Virus record (IMG/VR): IMGVR_UViG_3300025127_000022
Coordinates: 1-64,000 of that record
Length of the DNA: 64,000 bases
Reading direction: 5' to 3' (one strand)
Origin: a virus
The position numbers and the translations under genes are program-made. Below the pieces are notes generated by a model. That model ran no database searches. It saw only the letters and a program-made list of their open reading frames with translations, and had not been told where the DNA came from. This document shows, piece after piece, positions 9,381-19,035 of the stretch. Position 1 is the stretch's first letter. Each line of letters starts with the position of its first letter.

Positions 9381-9695
9381 TTAATTAGTGGGGTCGTACA
9401 TTCGATATTTTAAAGTTAATTCTTCACCTTCAGTAATATCATTTAAAGTATATAATTCATATCCATAATTTTTTGACATAAGTTTACAATTAGGTGATTC
9501 GTCGTGATTTATAAATCCACCTAGAGGAGTTCTAATATACTCTTCATTAAAATTTTTATTCATTTCACTACGATGAGTTATACCTAAATTAGTTCCTTTA
9601 GGTATATTTTTTACCGCAAATAAACCTAACCCCTCTATTCCAGATTTTTTAATTGTTACATTATCGGGTAAAGGTCTATAATATTTACTCATCAC
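9381..9695 (-). CDS. SET-domain protein
   Basis: KSGIEGLGLFA..IPKG, GGFINH...PNC, I.EGEELTLKY. Confidence 0.85.
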   Translation of the reverse strand: MMSKYYRPLPDNVTIKKSGIEGLGLFAVKNIPKGTNLGITHRSEMNKNFNEEYIRTPLGGFINHDESPNCKLMSKNYGYELYTLNDITEGEELTLKYRMYDPTN

Positions 9696-10029
9696 TAAAT
9701 TGATTAAATAAATTTTTTAATATTTCATGTCCTCCTGGTTGAGTTTCTATTTCACCTAACATGGAAGTAAAAATACCGTTTTCATCACTTAAACGTTTTA
9801 CTTCCTCATTCATTGCCGATAATTCACTCTCAGTCTCCAGTAAAGAATTTTCCAACTTTAATATTTTAATGTCTTTAATAGAAGATTCATCTTCCAGTTC
9901 CTTAATTTTATCTTTTAAAGACTCACAATATTTTTCTTCTTGGGTACTAACATACATAGGATAAAGAAATACAGCACTAATGAGTAACGCTACAATAATT
10001 AATGTTATTTGTTTAGCTTTCATTTTCAT
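9685..10029 (-). CDS. Membrane-anchored coiled-coil protein
   Basis: N-terminal TM followed by a heptad-rich region. Confidence 0.65.
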   Translation of the reverse strand: MKMKAKQITLIIVALLISAVFLYPMYVSTQEEKYCESLKDKIKELEDESSIKDIKILKLENSLLETESELSAMNEEVKRLSDENGIFTSMLGEIETQPGGHEILKNLFNQFSDE

Positions 10030-10141
10030 TTTTTTTAATAGTTTCTATTTCACCATAAGCGTCACAATGTACTGTAGACGCACAACTTACACATATTGTT
10101 AGTAATAAAGTTATTAGTAAAATTAAATTTATTTTTTTCAT
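10013..10141 (-). CDS. Small putative lipoprotein
   Basis: MKKINLILLITLLLTICVSC signal; start re-called at 10141. Confidence 0.5.
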   Translation of the reverse strand: MKKINLILLITLLLTICVSCASTVHCDAYGEIETIKKNENES

Positions 10142-10474
10142 GTTTTTATTTTTTTTAAGGGGTTTAAAACAAAAATAGTAAAAAAAAATTATAATTACAA
10201 ATTTAAAAGAATCCTCTTCCACAATATTCCATGGCTTTTAATCTTTCTTTTTCAATAAATGTCCACCAGGAGTGCCATTTTTTTAACCTAATACACATTT
10301 TTTTTAAAATATTTTTCATATTATACTTTTTATATAAATAATACTAAGATTTTAAAAAAATATTGTGTACTTATTCTAAAAAGATTCAAATGATAGACCC
10401 TAATGAATGGGATGACGATGATTGGTACCCAGATAACCCAATTGGTTAATAATACTATTTATAAATAAAAACCT

Positions 10475-10678
10475 ATGAAAAAGTTTATGAAAAATAGATG
10501 GGTAAAACTACTTTTCTCACTCTCAATAATGTTATCGGCGGTTCCTTCCATATATCAGGACATTAATTATGGACATTCTGGTACTTGGACACATTACGGA
10601 ATGTTAATTGTTGGTTTACTTTACTTTATAGAGTCCTTATTATGGGTTATAGATATTTGGAAAGATGGCACTAACTAG
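10475..10678 (+). CDS. Small two-TM membrane protein
   Basis: Two hydrophobic segments; TATTTAT 10456-10462. Confidence 0.65.
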   Translation: MKKFMKNRWVKLLFSLSIMLSAVPSIYQDINYGHSGTWTHYGMLIVGLLYFIESLLWVIDIWKDGTN

Positions 10679-11057
10679 AAAAGACATAGAAAAAAGATTG
10701 TACGAGTTCGAAGAAGCAATTTTTGAAGGGAATAGTATAGATATTAAAGAATTTTACTCTTTAAAAAAGATTTTAATAGACTCAAAAGACAAACATAAGG
10801 ATTTATTGGAGTTACATTTGATTTTAGAGGCTATGATAGAGAAATCACATAACGATTTAATGAATAAAAGATTAAATTTACTTACTATCTGGTCAACAAT
10901 CTTCTTACCTCTTTCATTTTACACAGGAATATTTGGGATGAACTTTGATGACGTACCATTTTTAAACAATCACCACGGATTTTGGATATTTTGTGGATTA
11001 ACTGTGTTTACAGCGGTCTTTATGTGGAAATATTTTAAGAAAAATAAGTGGTTATAG
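10665..11057 (+). CDS. Truncated CorA-family protein (stalk plus two TM helices)
   Basis: MNKRLNLLTIWSTIFLPLSFYTGIFGMNF, containing the GMN motif; ends YFKKNKWL. Confidence 0.85.
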   Translation: MALTRKDIEKRLYEFEEAIFEGNSIDIKEFYSLKKILIDSKDKHKDLLELHLILEAMIEKSHNDLMNKRLNLLTIWSTIFLPLSFYTGIFGMNFDDVPFLNNHHGFWIFCGLTVFTAVFMWKYFKKNKWL

Positions 11058-11402
11058 GTCTAACGTGTTTAAAAAGTCCCTTATTTTAGCAGCTTTTTCG
11101 TAATCTTCCTCTAAAAGAGCTATTTTAAGCTCATTTTTAAGATTCTCAACGTCATCCTCACCCCAATTTTTAGGATGTTCATACATAAGTTCATCAACTA
11201 AGTCAAAATCCTCTTTTTTTGTATTTAATTCAGGTTTATTTGAACTAAAATTTATGGGAGGGATGATATGTAATCTTTTTACTATGTTAGACCACACTCT
11301 TTTTTTCATTTTTTCTTCTTGGTGTCTTCTATACGCGTATCCCACTAAAAAACTTAGGATTGAGCTTAAAATTATGACTAATATTGTTAGAATAGTGTTC
11401 AT
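11052..11402 (-). CDS. Membrane-anchored protein with C-terminal UvrB/UvrC (UVR) motif
   Basis: N-terminal TM; LKNELKIALLEEDYEKAAKIRD. Confidence 0.75.
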   Translation of the reverse strand: MNTILTILVIILSSILSFLVGYAYRRHQEEKMKKRVWSNIVKRLHIIPPINFSSNKPELNTKKEDFDLVDELMYEHPKNWGEDDVENLKNELKIALLEEDYEKAAKIRDFLNTLDL

Positions 11403-11481
11403 ATGTATTAATATAACGTAGTGTACTTAAAAAATCAAAAAATATTTGTAATAATTATGATATTTATAAAGAAAAATACCT

Positions 11482-11949
11482 ATGAACTTACTAGAATCAA
11501 ATAAAAACGAAAAAAATAGAATATTAAAACTACATTTAAATGAACAAACCTCATCTTCTTCTGCGGGTGCATATGAAACACCTATGGCTTTCGATGGTGA
11601 AGTTGATGGTAGAAACAATAATTTAGTTGGTGTAGAATTAGTTATGAGTTTACCTGATGAATTTGATATTACTAAAGGTAAGGTTGGTGGTTTTGAAGAG
11701 GTAGATATGGAAACTTGTCCTACATGTGGTATGTGTCACGAGGGACCATGTAATCATGAAGAAATGGACGTAGAATCTTTTGACATGGATGATTTATTAA
11801 TGGAACCTACAGATGATACTCCAGATAGTGATGTTATACCAAATACATTACTTACTTTATTTGGTGATGTCAATGTAGATGGAGATTTAGAAATAGAAAT
11901 GGAGGAAGAGCCAAAAAAACTAAAAGGTTCTAGAAAATTTAGAAGATAG
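11482..11949 (+). CDS. Acidic leader-bearing hypothetical protein
   Basis: EKNRILKLHLNEQ; CPTCGMCH; TATTTAT 11461-11467; paralog of the next gene. Confidence 0.7.
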   Translation: MNLLESNKNEKNRILKLHLNEQTSSSSAGAYETPMAFDGEVDGRNNNLVGVELVMSLPDEFDITKGKVGGFEEVDMETCPTCGMCHEGPCNHEEMDVESFDMDDLLMEPTDDTPDSDVIPNTLLTLFGDVNVDGDLEIEMEEEPKKLKGSRKFRR

Positions 11950-12587
11950 TGGTAGAAAAAGAAAAAAATAGAATATTAAAACTTCATTTACAAGAAAAAA
12001 TAACAAGAGGTGGTAAGGGAGGAACCAATAGTAGTTCTTCAGGTTCTTATATTTCTACAGGAGCTTTTGAACCTGGTGGGATATTAACTACCAGTGGAAG
12101 AGAAAAAGACAAGGGATTACTTCCTGATGAAGTGGATATAACGAAAGGGAGTGAGGAATTCCAACTAGACCCAAAAATTTTTATTATAGATACAGGTGAT
12201 GATGACGACATTGACATTGACATTGATGACGAAGAGATTGATATAATTAAACCGAAGCCTAAACCCAAACCAAAACCTAAACCACCAAAGGAGCCAATTG
12301 AAGATATTATTCCTATAGCACTACCTAGCCCTGGTCCTATTACTAGTCCTATTGTTACACCACCAGCAGCACCAACATCACCCACACCAACACAACCTGA
12401 GGATAATGAAGAGATTAACAGACCTTTAAGTTTGAGTTGTTGTAAAAAATGTGATAACGGGATGTACACTAATAGATGTTTTCCGTTTGATAGTGATGAG
12501 GATGAAGATTGTAGGTTCCCTACTCTAGAAATTTGTGAAGATGAAAGTGACCCTAAACTTCCATCTATGTTAGATATTTTCGCTTAG
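11949..12587 (+). CDS. Leader-bearing Pro-rich hypothetical protein
   Basis: EKNRILKLHLQE, LPDEVDITKG shared with the upstream gene; (KP)n tract; Cys-rich C-terminus. Confidence 0.7.
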   Translation: MVEKEKNRILKLHLQEKITRGGKGGTNSSSSGSYISTGAFEPGGILTTSGREKDKGLLPDEVDITKGSEEFQLDPKIFIIDTGDDDDIDIDIDDEEIDIIKPKPKPKPKPKPPKEPIEDIIPIALPSPGPITSPIVTPPAAPTSPTPTQPEDNEEINRPLSLSCCKKCDNGMYTNRCFPFDSDEDEDCRFPTLEICEDESDPKLPSMLDIFA

Positions 12588-12791
12588 TAAACTAGAAAGT
12601 TTTTCTCTTTCTTCTCTCATCCCATCCAAAGTCCACCCATCATAGTAACGTCCATGAGATATTTCTATAGTTAGTTGATTTATCCTGTTTTTTATTTTGT
12701 TCTTTTCAATAGGACTTAACCCTTCTACCCAGGAAAGTAATTCACTTTTACTAGTAGAACGATATTCATCCCAAAATGTATCTTTATTCAT
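12570..12791 (-). CDS. Hypothetical protein
   Basis: Coupled to the dCMP deaminase gene. Confidence 0.6.
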   Translation of the reverse strand: MNKDTFWDEYRSTSKSELLSWVEGLSPIEKNKIKNRINQLTIEISHGRYYDGWTLDGMREEREKLSSLLSENI

Positions 12792-13239
12792 CTTTTATAA
12801 ATTTAACTTTTACACCACATTCATCAAACATTTGTTTAGAGATTTTCCACGATTCACCCCACTTGTGGTGTTTCCAGTCGGGTTTAGGTGAATAAACTTC
12901 TTTAATTCCAGATTGGATTATAGCTCTTGCACAATCACAACAAGGAAAATATGTGACGTACATTTTACAACCATCTAAAGATACACCATTTCTTCCTGCA
13001 GCATAAATAGCATTTCTTTCAGCATGTTCTACCCACATGTATTTTAATGGTTTTTCGTATCTTTTTTTAATGTCTACATTATCTAAGTCACAATTATTAG
13101 GTAAACCATTATATCCCATAGATTTTTCTCTATTATCTTGACCTACTATTACAGCTCCACATTTCCTATTAGGGTCTCTAGACCATTTAGAAATATGATT
13201 CGCTAAGTCTAAAAATCTTTTATTCCAGTTAGTTGACAT
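12784..13239 (-). CDS. dCMP deaminase
   Basis: SRDP..KCGAVIV, GYNG, HAERNAI, PCCDCARAIIQSGI. Confidence 0.92.
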   Translation of the reverse strand: MSTNWNKRFLDLANHISKWSRDPNRKCGAVIVGQDNREKSMGYNGLPNNCDLDNVDIKKRYEKPLKYMWVEHAERNAIYAAGRNGVSLDGCKMYVTYFPCCDCARAIIQSGIKEVYSPKPDWKHHKWGESWKISKQMFDECGVKVKFIKDE

Positions 13240-13582
13240 TTTGATTATCTAATTTTTCTTCAATACGTTCTATTAAGTTTTTACAGTCTTCTATATCTGT
13301 ATGAGTTTCTAATAGAGTATTAAATAAAGAATCGTTTTCCTCTTCATCTGGAAAACCGTTTTTATTTTTATCTATTGGGTAAAATTTGTAAGGGATTGTA
13401 TCCCAAGTACCATCTGACCATAAAATAATTTCTTCTTCTGTAAGAATTTTACACGTATCTTTTTTTACATTTTTAACTATTTTTTCATGTGTGTTATCTT
13501 TTTTTTGATTTACACTACAAACATAAAAAATACCTATAAAAAATCCCCAGAATAATAAGGAACCTAATCTTTTTTTGTTCAT
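13229..13582 (-). CDS. Membrane-anchored hypothetical protein
   Basis: N-terminal TM; TAACTTTG at 13664-13671 on minus. Confidence 0.65.
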   Translation of the reverse strand: MNKKRLGSLLFWGFFIGIFYVCSVNQKKDNTHEKIVKNVKKDTCKILTEEEIILWSDGTWDTIPYKFYPIDKNKNGFPDEEENDSLFNTLLETHTDIEDCKNLIERIEEKLDNQNVN

Positions 13583-13696
13583 CTCTAATCTTTTTAATAA
13601 CGATAATTAAATGAAGTTAAAAATTCAAGCGTTATCCATACGTTTAACCAGCCAACTTTAATACAAAGTTAAGTATTTATAGTAAAACTTTAATTG

Positions 13697-14194
13697 ATGA
13701 AAAAATTCTTAATTTATTTTAATTTATTAGTATTTGTAACTTTATTTTGGGGTTGTGAAAAGGAAGACTTCGAACCTATAGTTTACGATGCTACTGAAAG
13801 AAATCTAGAAGGTGTATGGGAAATGACTAGTTTTAAATTTAGAGAAATAAATCAATGTGCTGATGTTGAGGACTCCACACTTAATTTAGGTACAGTCGTT
13901 ATTACTGATAAATTAGACTTCAACTCCATATACGGTACTAGAGATGAGGGTTATCCAGCTGAAATGAGATGGGGTAACAATGAAAACTCAGAACTAGAAG
14001 CAAACTCACTACTAGGGTGGGAATGGTGTGAAGAAAAACCTCTATGTAATATCACTTCCTTTGACTATGACTTAGAAGGTGACCAGTTAATAATAGGTAA
14101 TGAAATTTGGTTAGTGACCACTTCATTTGCAGATATATTGGTATTAACCAATAGCCGTGGTACCCAATACAGAGAGTTAGTATTAGAGAAGTAA
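13697..14194 (+). CDS. Putative lipoprotein (lipocalin-like)
   Basis: Signal ending FWGC followed by acidic EKEDFE; LEGVWEMTS; TATTTAT 13674-13680. Confidence 0.7.
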   Translation: MKKFLIYFNLLVFVTLFWGCEKEDFEPIVYDATERNLEGVWEMTSFKFREINQCADVEDSTLNLGTVVITDKLDFNSIYGTRDEGYPAEMRWGNNENSELEANSLLGWEWCEEKPLCNITSFDYDLEGDQLIIGNEIWLVTTSFADILVLTNSRGTQYRELVLEK

Positions 14195-14583
14195 TGGAAA
14201 AGTATATCTATAGAGCTAAATTAGAGAGAGTAATCGATGGTGACACTATTGATGCTCTTATCGATGTTGGTTTCGATATCTGGGTCAAAAAACGAATTAG
14301 ATACAAAGGCATTGATACTTGGGAATCTAGAACCAGAAACCTAGAAGAAAAGAAAAAAGGTTTAGCTGCGAAAACTAGAAATCAACAATTATTGGAAGAG
14401 ATAAGTTCTAAACCAGGATTCTTTAGACTAAAATCTTACGGTGTTGGAAAATACGGTAGGGTGTTAGGTGAAATTTTTATTTTAGATAAAGACGATAAAC
14501 CTATTAGTATAAATGAAACATTAATAAAGGAGGGCCACGCCTATGTTTATGAAGGTGGTAAAAAAAAATTATTTAAAGGATGA
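14194..14583 (+). CDS. Thermonuclease (SNase-like)
   Basis: RVIDGDTID, RIRYKGIDTWE, GKYGRVLG, INETLIKEGHA. Confidence 0.88.
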   Translation: MEKYIYRAKLERVIDGDTIDALIDVGFDIWVKKRIRYKGIDTWESRTRNLEEKKKGLAAKTRNQQLLEEISSKPGFFRLKSYGVGKYGRVLGEIFILDKDDKPISINETLIKEGHAYVYEGGKKKLFKG

Positions 14584-17500
14584 AAAAGTTACTATTCTTA
14601 CTATGTTTAATACCAACTATCGTATTAGGACAAAGCAGTTGGTTTAATTTACAAATACAATATGATTTTTATGCACCGTCAGAGTCTTCAGTTCTGATTA
14701 ATGGTAATGGTGATACCGTACTCACGCATCAACCCACTCAACCATATGAGTTCTTTCAGACAATAGTATATGTAGATTCTGGAGCATTTACCGTAAGTTT
14801 ATATGATTCATTTGGAGATGGTTGGATAGACTTTAACCAAACAGATGTGTGGGTTAAAGTTTCAAATCAATGTCAAGGTTCTATACTAAATTTAGACGCA
14901 GCTTTTAATTTTACACAATTTGATACGGTAATAAACATATTACCTTGTCCCCCACCTATATTGGGGTGTACAGATACCATGGCTACAAATTATGACCCTA
15001 CCGCTTATTTAGATGATGGAAGTTGTTCATATATTTTTGGTTGTACTGACCCCAATGCTGTTAACTACGACCCTAATGCGGCGATAGAGTTAGAAGGTGA
15101 TGTGGAAATATCTTCCTGTAATTCTATATGGACACAAAATTATTTTGGGATAAATTTAAATTTTTACAATTCAAATTCTTCCGCTTTTTCTATAGGTGAT
15201 AAAATTATTGTAGGTGGAATCGACTATTGGATTGACGCTATAGTACTCCCTACCAACTGTAACTCAAATGTAGCTTTAATTTATGTTGCTAATAGTCCAT
15301 ATGCTGTTGATGGTTCATGGACTTCTGTAGGTGGAGTGTTACAAAATCCAGTTGGGTTACAAGATAATTGGTCTATTGGTGGTTGTTATTACAATCCAGG
15401 ATGTACCAACCCTATGTATGTAGAATTTGACCCTAACGCTGATTTTGATGATGGTAGTTGTCAGACACTTGCAGTATTTGGATGTACGGATAGTACCGCA
15501 ATTAATTTTAATCCCTGGGCAGATAACGATAACGGTTCTTGTATTTTACCTCCTTCATGTGGTTTCACTGAGTTTGAATGTCAAGTTTCTCTTACTCTAG
15601 ATAATTACCCAGGTGAGACTGGATGGTTAGTTACTGCGGATAATGGAACTACAGTAGATACTGTATATTATGTACCACCAGGTTCATATAACTTTGGTCA
15701 GTCTGGAACTGTAGTTAATACAAATTTTTGTGTACCAGCGAATCTTAGTACATTTATAACTTTTACTTTAACAGATTCTTACGGTGACGGTTTAGCTGGA
15801 ACTACTACTGGTGGTACTGTTGATGGTGATGTTATAGTTGAAAATATTTCATGTGGTGACACTATATTTGAGTTACCTAACCCGTCTTTTGGTAGTTCAG
15901 TTTCTAGTGATGGGACGTACTCTAGTCCATGGCCTATGTTATGTAACGGGTTGTTAATAGTTCCTGGATGTATGGACCCACAATATCAAGAATATAATCC
16001 TTTAGCTACCAATGACGACGGAAGTTGTCAAACATTACACATTTACGGATGTATGGATACCACATCATTTAACTATGATTCAAACGCTACTTCTCCAGCT
16101 TACATTAGTCCTACACAATATCAAGTAATTTTAGAAGATGACGGAGGTGATGGATGGGGGAATTCCTTTATTGGTTTACGTCAAGGGAATCAATTATGGG
16201 ATTTTAAATTAGACCCAGGAGTTTTCGTAGATACATTCTATATTGATTTAACTGTAGACGTATATCAAACACCTTTAGAGATGTTTTATTTCGAAATACC
16301 TTTACCACAACAAAACCCGTCTCAGCTCCAAATTCAAACTATTCAAAATTCAGTTGTGGTTAAAAATGATTATGGGACAATAATAGAAGAAGGGACTTAC
16401 CCTTGGGCTAATGGAAATAAACTGAAAAATTTTAATGGTCCTCAGGACATATACAACGCTATTCCTTTTGGTGGGTATGATTGTACACCCAAAATTTATG
16501 GTTGTACAGATTCTACCGCACATGTAGATTCTTATAATCCTAACGCTAATACAGATGATGGTTCATGTTTTTATAATCCTGAATGTAACAATGCAGGATT
16601 TGTTGAATTTTGGGAGGCTGATTCTACAGTGGTAGATTATTGGAGCATAGATTACTGTTACACTACTGCTATTTTTGGTTGTACTGACAGTACAATGTTT
16701 AATTATAATTCTTTAGCAAATGTAGATAATGGTTCTTGTATTCCATATATCTACGGTTGTACGGACCCTACAATGTTTAATTATAATTCACAAGCAAATG
16801 TAGATGATAGTAGTTGTGTACCTTTCACTTATGGTTGTACTGACCCTACGATGTTTAATTATGACCCAGTTGCTAATGTAGATGATGGTACTTGTATACC
16901 ATATGTGTATGGTTGTACTGATAGTACAATGTGGAATTACGACCCCTTAGCAAATACCGATAATGGGAGTTGTCAACCATATGTTTACGGGTGTATGGAC
17001 CCTAATGCGTTTAATTATAATCCTTTAGCTAATACTAATCAGGTATCCGCTAACGACTTCTCCAACCCTTGTGTCCCAGTAATTTATGGTTGTACAGATT
17101 CAACAGCATTTAACTACGACTCTAATGCTAATACAGATGATGGTTCATGTATAATAACTGTTTACGGGTGTACAGATGTTACTGCGTATAATTATTTACC
17201 TACCGCTAATACAGATGATGGTAGTTGTTTATATGACGCTGGTTGTATAGATGGTCCTGGTGTACCTTATTGGTTGAATGACACTTGTTACGCTTGGGTT
17301 ATTTCAGTAGACCCTTATTGTTGTAACAATGTGTGGGACTCCTTTTGTCAAGCAGAATATAATTTCTGTCAAGATGGTACTCCATTAAATCTAGATGAAG
17401 TAGAAGATAATGGACGTAAAATTATAGTCTACCCTAACCCAACACAAGAACTTATTAATATAAAACATAACTTAAAAACTAATGTAATAGTAGAAATTAG

Positions 17501-17636
17501 AGATATGATGGGTAAATTAGTTACCACTTCTACTAATCAAAATAAAATTGATGTATCATTTTTATCTAGAGGTTTATATAACCTAACTATTAAATCTGAT
17601 GAAATTATAGTAACTAAAAGAATTATTAAACAATGA
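14580..17636 (+). CDS. Large secreted repeat protein with T9SS type-A sorting domain
   Basis: Signal peptide; about 14 GC(T/M)DxxxxNYxPxAxxDDGSC repeats; C-terminal VYPNP...IRDMMGKLV...GLYNLTI...KRIIKQ. Confidence 0.88.
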   Translation: MKKLLFLLCLIPTIVLGQSSWFNLQIQYDFYAPSESSVLINGNGDTVLTHQPTQPYEFFQTIVYVDSGAFTVSLYDSFGDGWIDFNQTDVWVKVSNQCQGSILNLDAAFNFTQFDTVINILPCPPPILGCTDTMATNYDPTAYLDDGSCSYIFGCTDPNAVNYDPNAAIELEGDVEISSCNSIWTQNYFGINLNFYNSNSSAFSIGDKIIVGGIDYWIDAIVLPTNCNSNVALIYVANSPYAVDGSWTSVGGVLQNPVGLQDNWSIGGCYYNPGCTNPMYVEFDPNADFDDGSCQTLAVFGCTDSTAINFNPWADNDNGSCILPPSCGFTEFECQVSLTLDNYPGETGWLVTADNGTTVDTVYYVPPGSYNFGQSGTVVNTNFCVPANLSTFITFTLTDSYGDGLAGTTTGGTVDGDVIVENISCGDTIFELPNPSFGSSVSSDGTYSSPWPMLCNGLLIVPGCMDPQYQEYNPLATNDDGSCQTLHIYGCMDTTSFNYDSNATSPAYISPTQYQVILEDDGGDGWGNSFIGLRQGNQLWDFKLDPGVFVDTFYIDLTVDVYQTPLEMFYFEIPLPQQNPSQLQIQTIQNSVVVKNDYGTIIEEGTYPWANGNKLKNFNGPQDIYNAIPFGGYDCTPKIYGCTDSTAHVDSYNPNANTDDGSCFYNPECNNAGFVEFWEADSTVVDYWSIDYCYTTAIFGCTDSTMFNYNSLANVDNGSCIPYIYGCTDPTMFNYNSQANVDDSSCVPFTYGCTDPTMFNYDPVANVDDGTCIPYVYGCTDSTMWNYDPLANTDNGSCQPYVYGCMDPNAFNYNPLANTNQVSANDFSNPCVPVIYGCTDSTAFNYDSNANTDDGSCIITVYGCTDVTAYNYLPTANTDDGSCLYDAGCIDGPGVPYWLNDTCYAWVISVDPYCCNNVWDSFCQAEYNFCQDGTPLNLDEVEDNGRKIIVYPNPTQELINIKHNLKTNVIVEIRDMMGKLVTTSTNQNKIDVSFLSRGLYNLTIKSDEIIVTKRIIKQ
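16677..17228 (+). repeat. Tandem coding repeats, about 78-bp period (GCTD...DDGSC)
   Basis: Seven consecutive units visible at DNA and protein level. Confidence 0.85.
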
Positions 17637-18718
17637 AAAAATTATTAGTAATCTTATTATTAACTCCGATTGTTTTATTGGGGCAAACAGAAAAAAACTC
17701 TGTTAAAAAAGAACCTTCTAAATTTTCAAAAGAAGTAAAACGTGTATTTAAGTACTCAACATTTTACGCCGCGATGAATGGTAGTAATTCGATTTCAGAT
17801 GGGGACTTATATACGATTACCCCACAAGGTCAACTATCTTATGATAGAGAACAAACACCTTTTGACTTTTCTATTGCTTTAGGAATTAGAAAACGTGCAA
17901 GATTCGGATATGAAAATAGAGCTAATACATTTTATGATGGGACTGAAAAATCATTAAGTGACGCATCTACCATAGGTAAGGTTAAAGGATTTGAATACCT
18001 AGCTGAAATAGACTATAGAAGATTGTTAGGTGAAAATTACCTAAATCAACATTATTTTTTAAGATATGTAGCTAAACACTGGTTAGCCAAAGTGGAATAT
18101 TTAGAAAATAATTTTACTGATATCAGTTTTTATGAAGCATCACAAAGATATAGATACAACGTAAATAATAAATTATCTTTTAATCTTGGTTTAGTACAAA
18201 GAATTTCTGCCCCTTATGGTTATGACCCAGTAGAAGAATGGTTAATAGAAAATGATTACGCCGACTACACCTATCTAGCACAAGAAGAAGGTTATAGTTT
18301 TGACCCTAACAATGGTAATTATTACAATGCTGATGGTACTTTAGTTGCCACTAGTAGTGCAGTTTTTGAAAATACAGTAATACCTACAGTGATTAGTGAC
18401 TATAGTAGACGTAAAAGGGGTGAAATACCATCACAGTGGTCTCACTCTTTAATTATAGGTGGTGATTACTACCACTTTACAGATGATTTTTGGACCCACG
18501 CTTGGATTAACGTATTACCATATCATTTAGATATTGGGAAAGATTACTCTTACCACCGTTTTAATGAAAATAAAAATTGGATAGATTATGGTGGAGGTTT
18601 AATTTTTGGTTGGAGAATAACTAAAAGTTTAGGAATCTTCCTTGAAGGAAACTACACGAAGTATTGGAATCGTGAGTGGCATGATTTTAAGGTGGGTGCT
18701 AACTATATTATATTTTAA
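17633..18718 (+). CDS. Putative outer-membrane beta-barrel protein
   Basis: Signal peptide; aromatic alternating strands; C-terminal FKVGANYIIF beta-signal-like end. Confidence 0.6.
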   Translation: MKKLLVILLLTPIVLLGQTEKNSVKKEPSKFSKEVKRVFKYSTFYAAMNGSNSISDGDLYTITPQGQLSYDREQTPFDFSIALGIRKRARFGYENRANTFYDGTEKSLSDASTIGKVKGFEYLAEIDYRRLLGENYLNQHYFLRYVAKHWLAKVEYLENNFTDISFYEASQRYRYNVNNKLSFNLGLVQRISAPYGYDPVEEWLIENDYADYTYLAQEEGYSFDPNNGNYYNADGTLVATSSAVFENTVIPTVISDYSRRKRGEIPSQWSHSLIIGGDYYHFTDDFWTHAWINVLPYHLDIGKDYSYHRFNENKNWIDYGGGLIFGWRITKSLGIFLEGNYTKYWNREWHDFKVGANYIIF

Positions 18719-18732
18719 TACATAATTTAACA

Positions 18733-19023
18733 ATGACAAAAGAATTAAATGAAGACACATCGTTTAAAGTCAGTATTAAGACTTTAATTGCGATTGCAGC
18801 AGGAATAGCAACTGTGGTGGGAATGTGGTTTGCACTACAAGCTGATATAGAAGAAGCTAAAAAATTACCTGTACTAGAAATACCAGAACCCGAAGTTACT
18901 AGAATGGAATTTGACATGAAAGACCAATTAATTAGACAAACTATCATGACAACCCAACAAGATGTTGAAGAAATAAAGGAGGATTTAAAACGAATCGAGG
19001 AAAAACTGGATAAACTTAGATAA
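18733..19023 (+). CDS. Single-TM coiled-coil protein
   Basis: LIAIAAGIATVVGMWFAL then heptads. Confidence 0.7.
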   Translation: MTKELNEDTSFKVSIKTLIAIAAGIATVVGMWFALQADIEEAKKLPVLEIPEPEVTRMEFDMKDQLIRQTIMTTQQDVEEIKEDLKRIEEKLDKLR

Positions 19024-19035
19024 CCTAACTAATTA

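Noticed and set aside
16677-17228. Regularly spaced DNA repeats resembling a CRISPR array
   Set aside because: They are in-frame protein repeats with synonymous variation and no unique spacers; no cas genes are seen.
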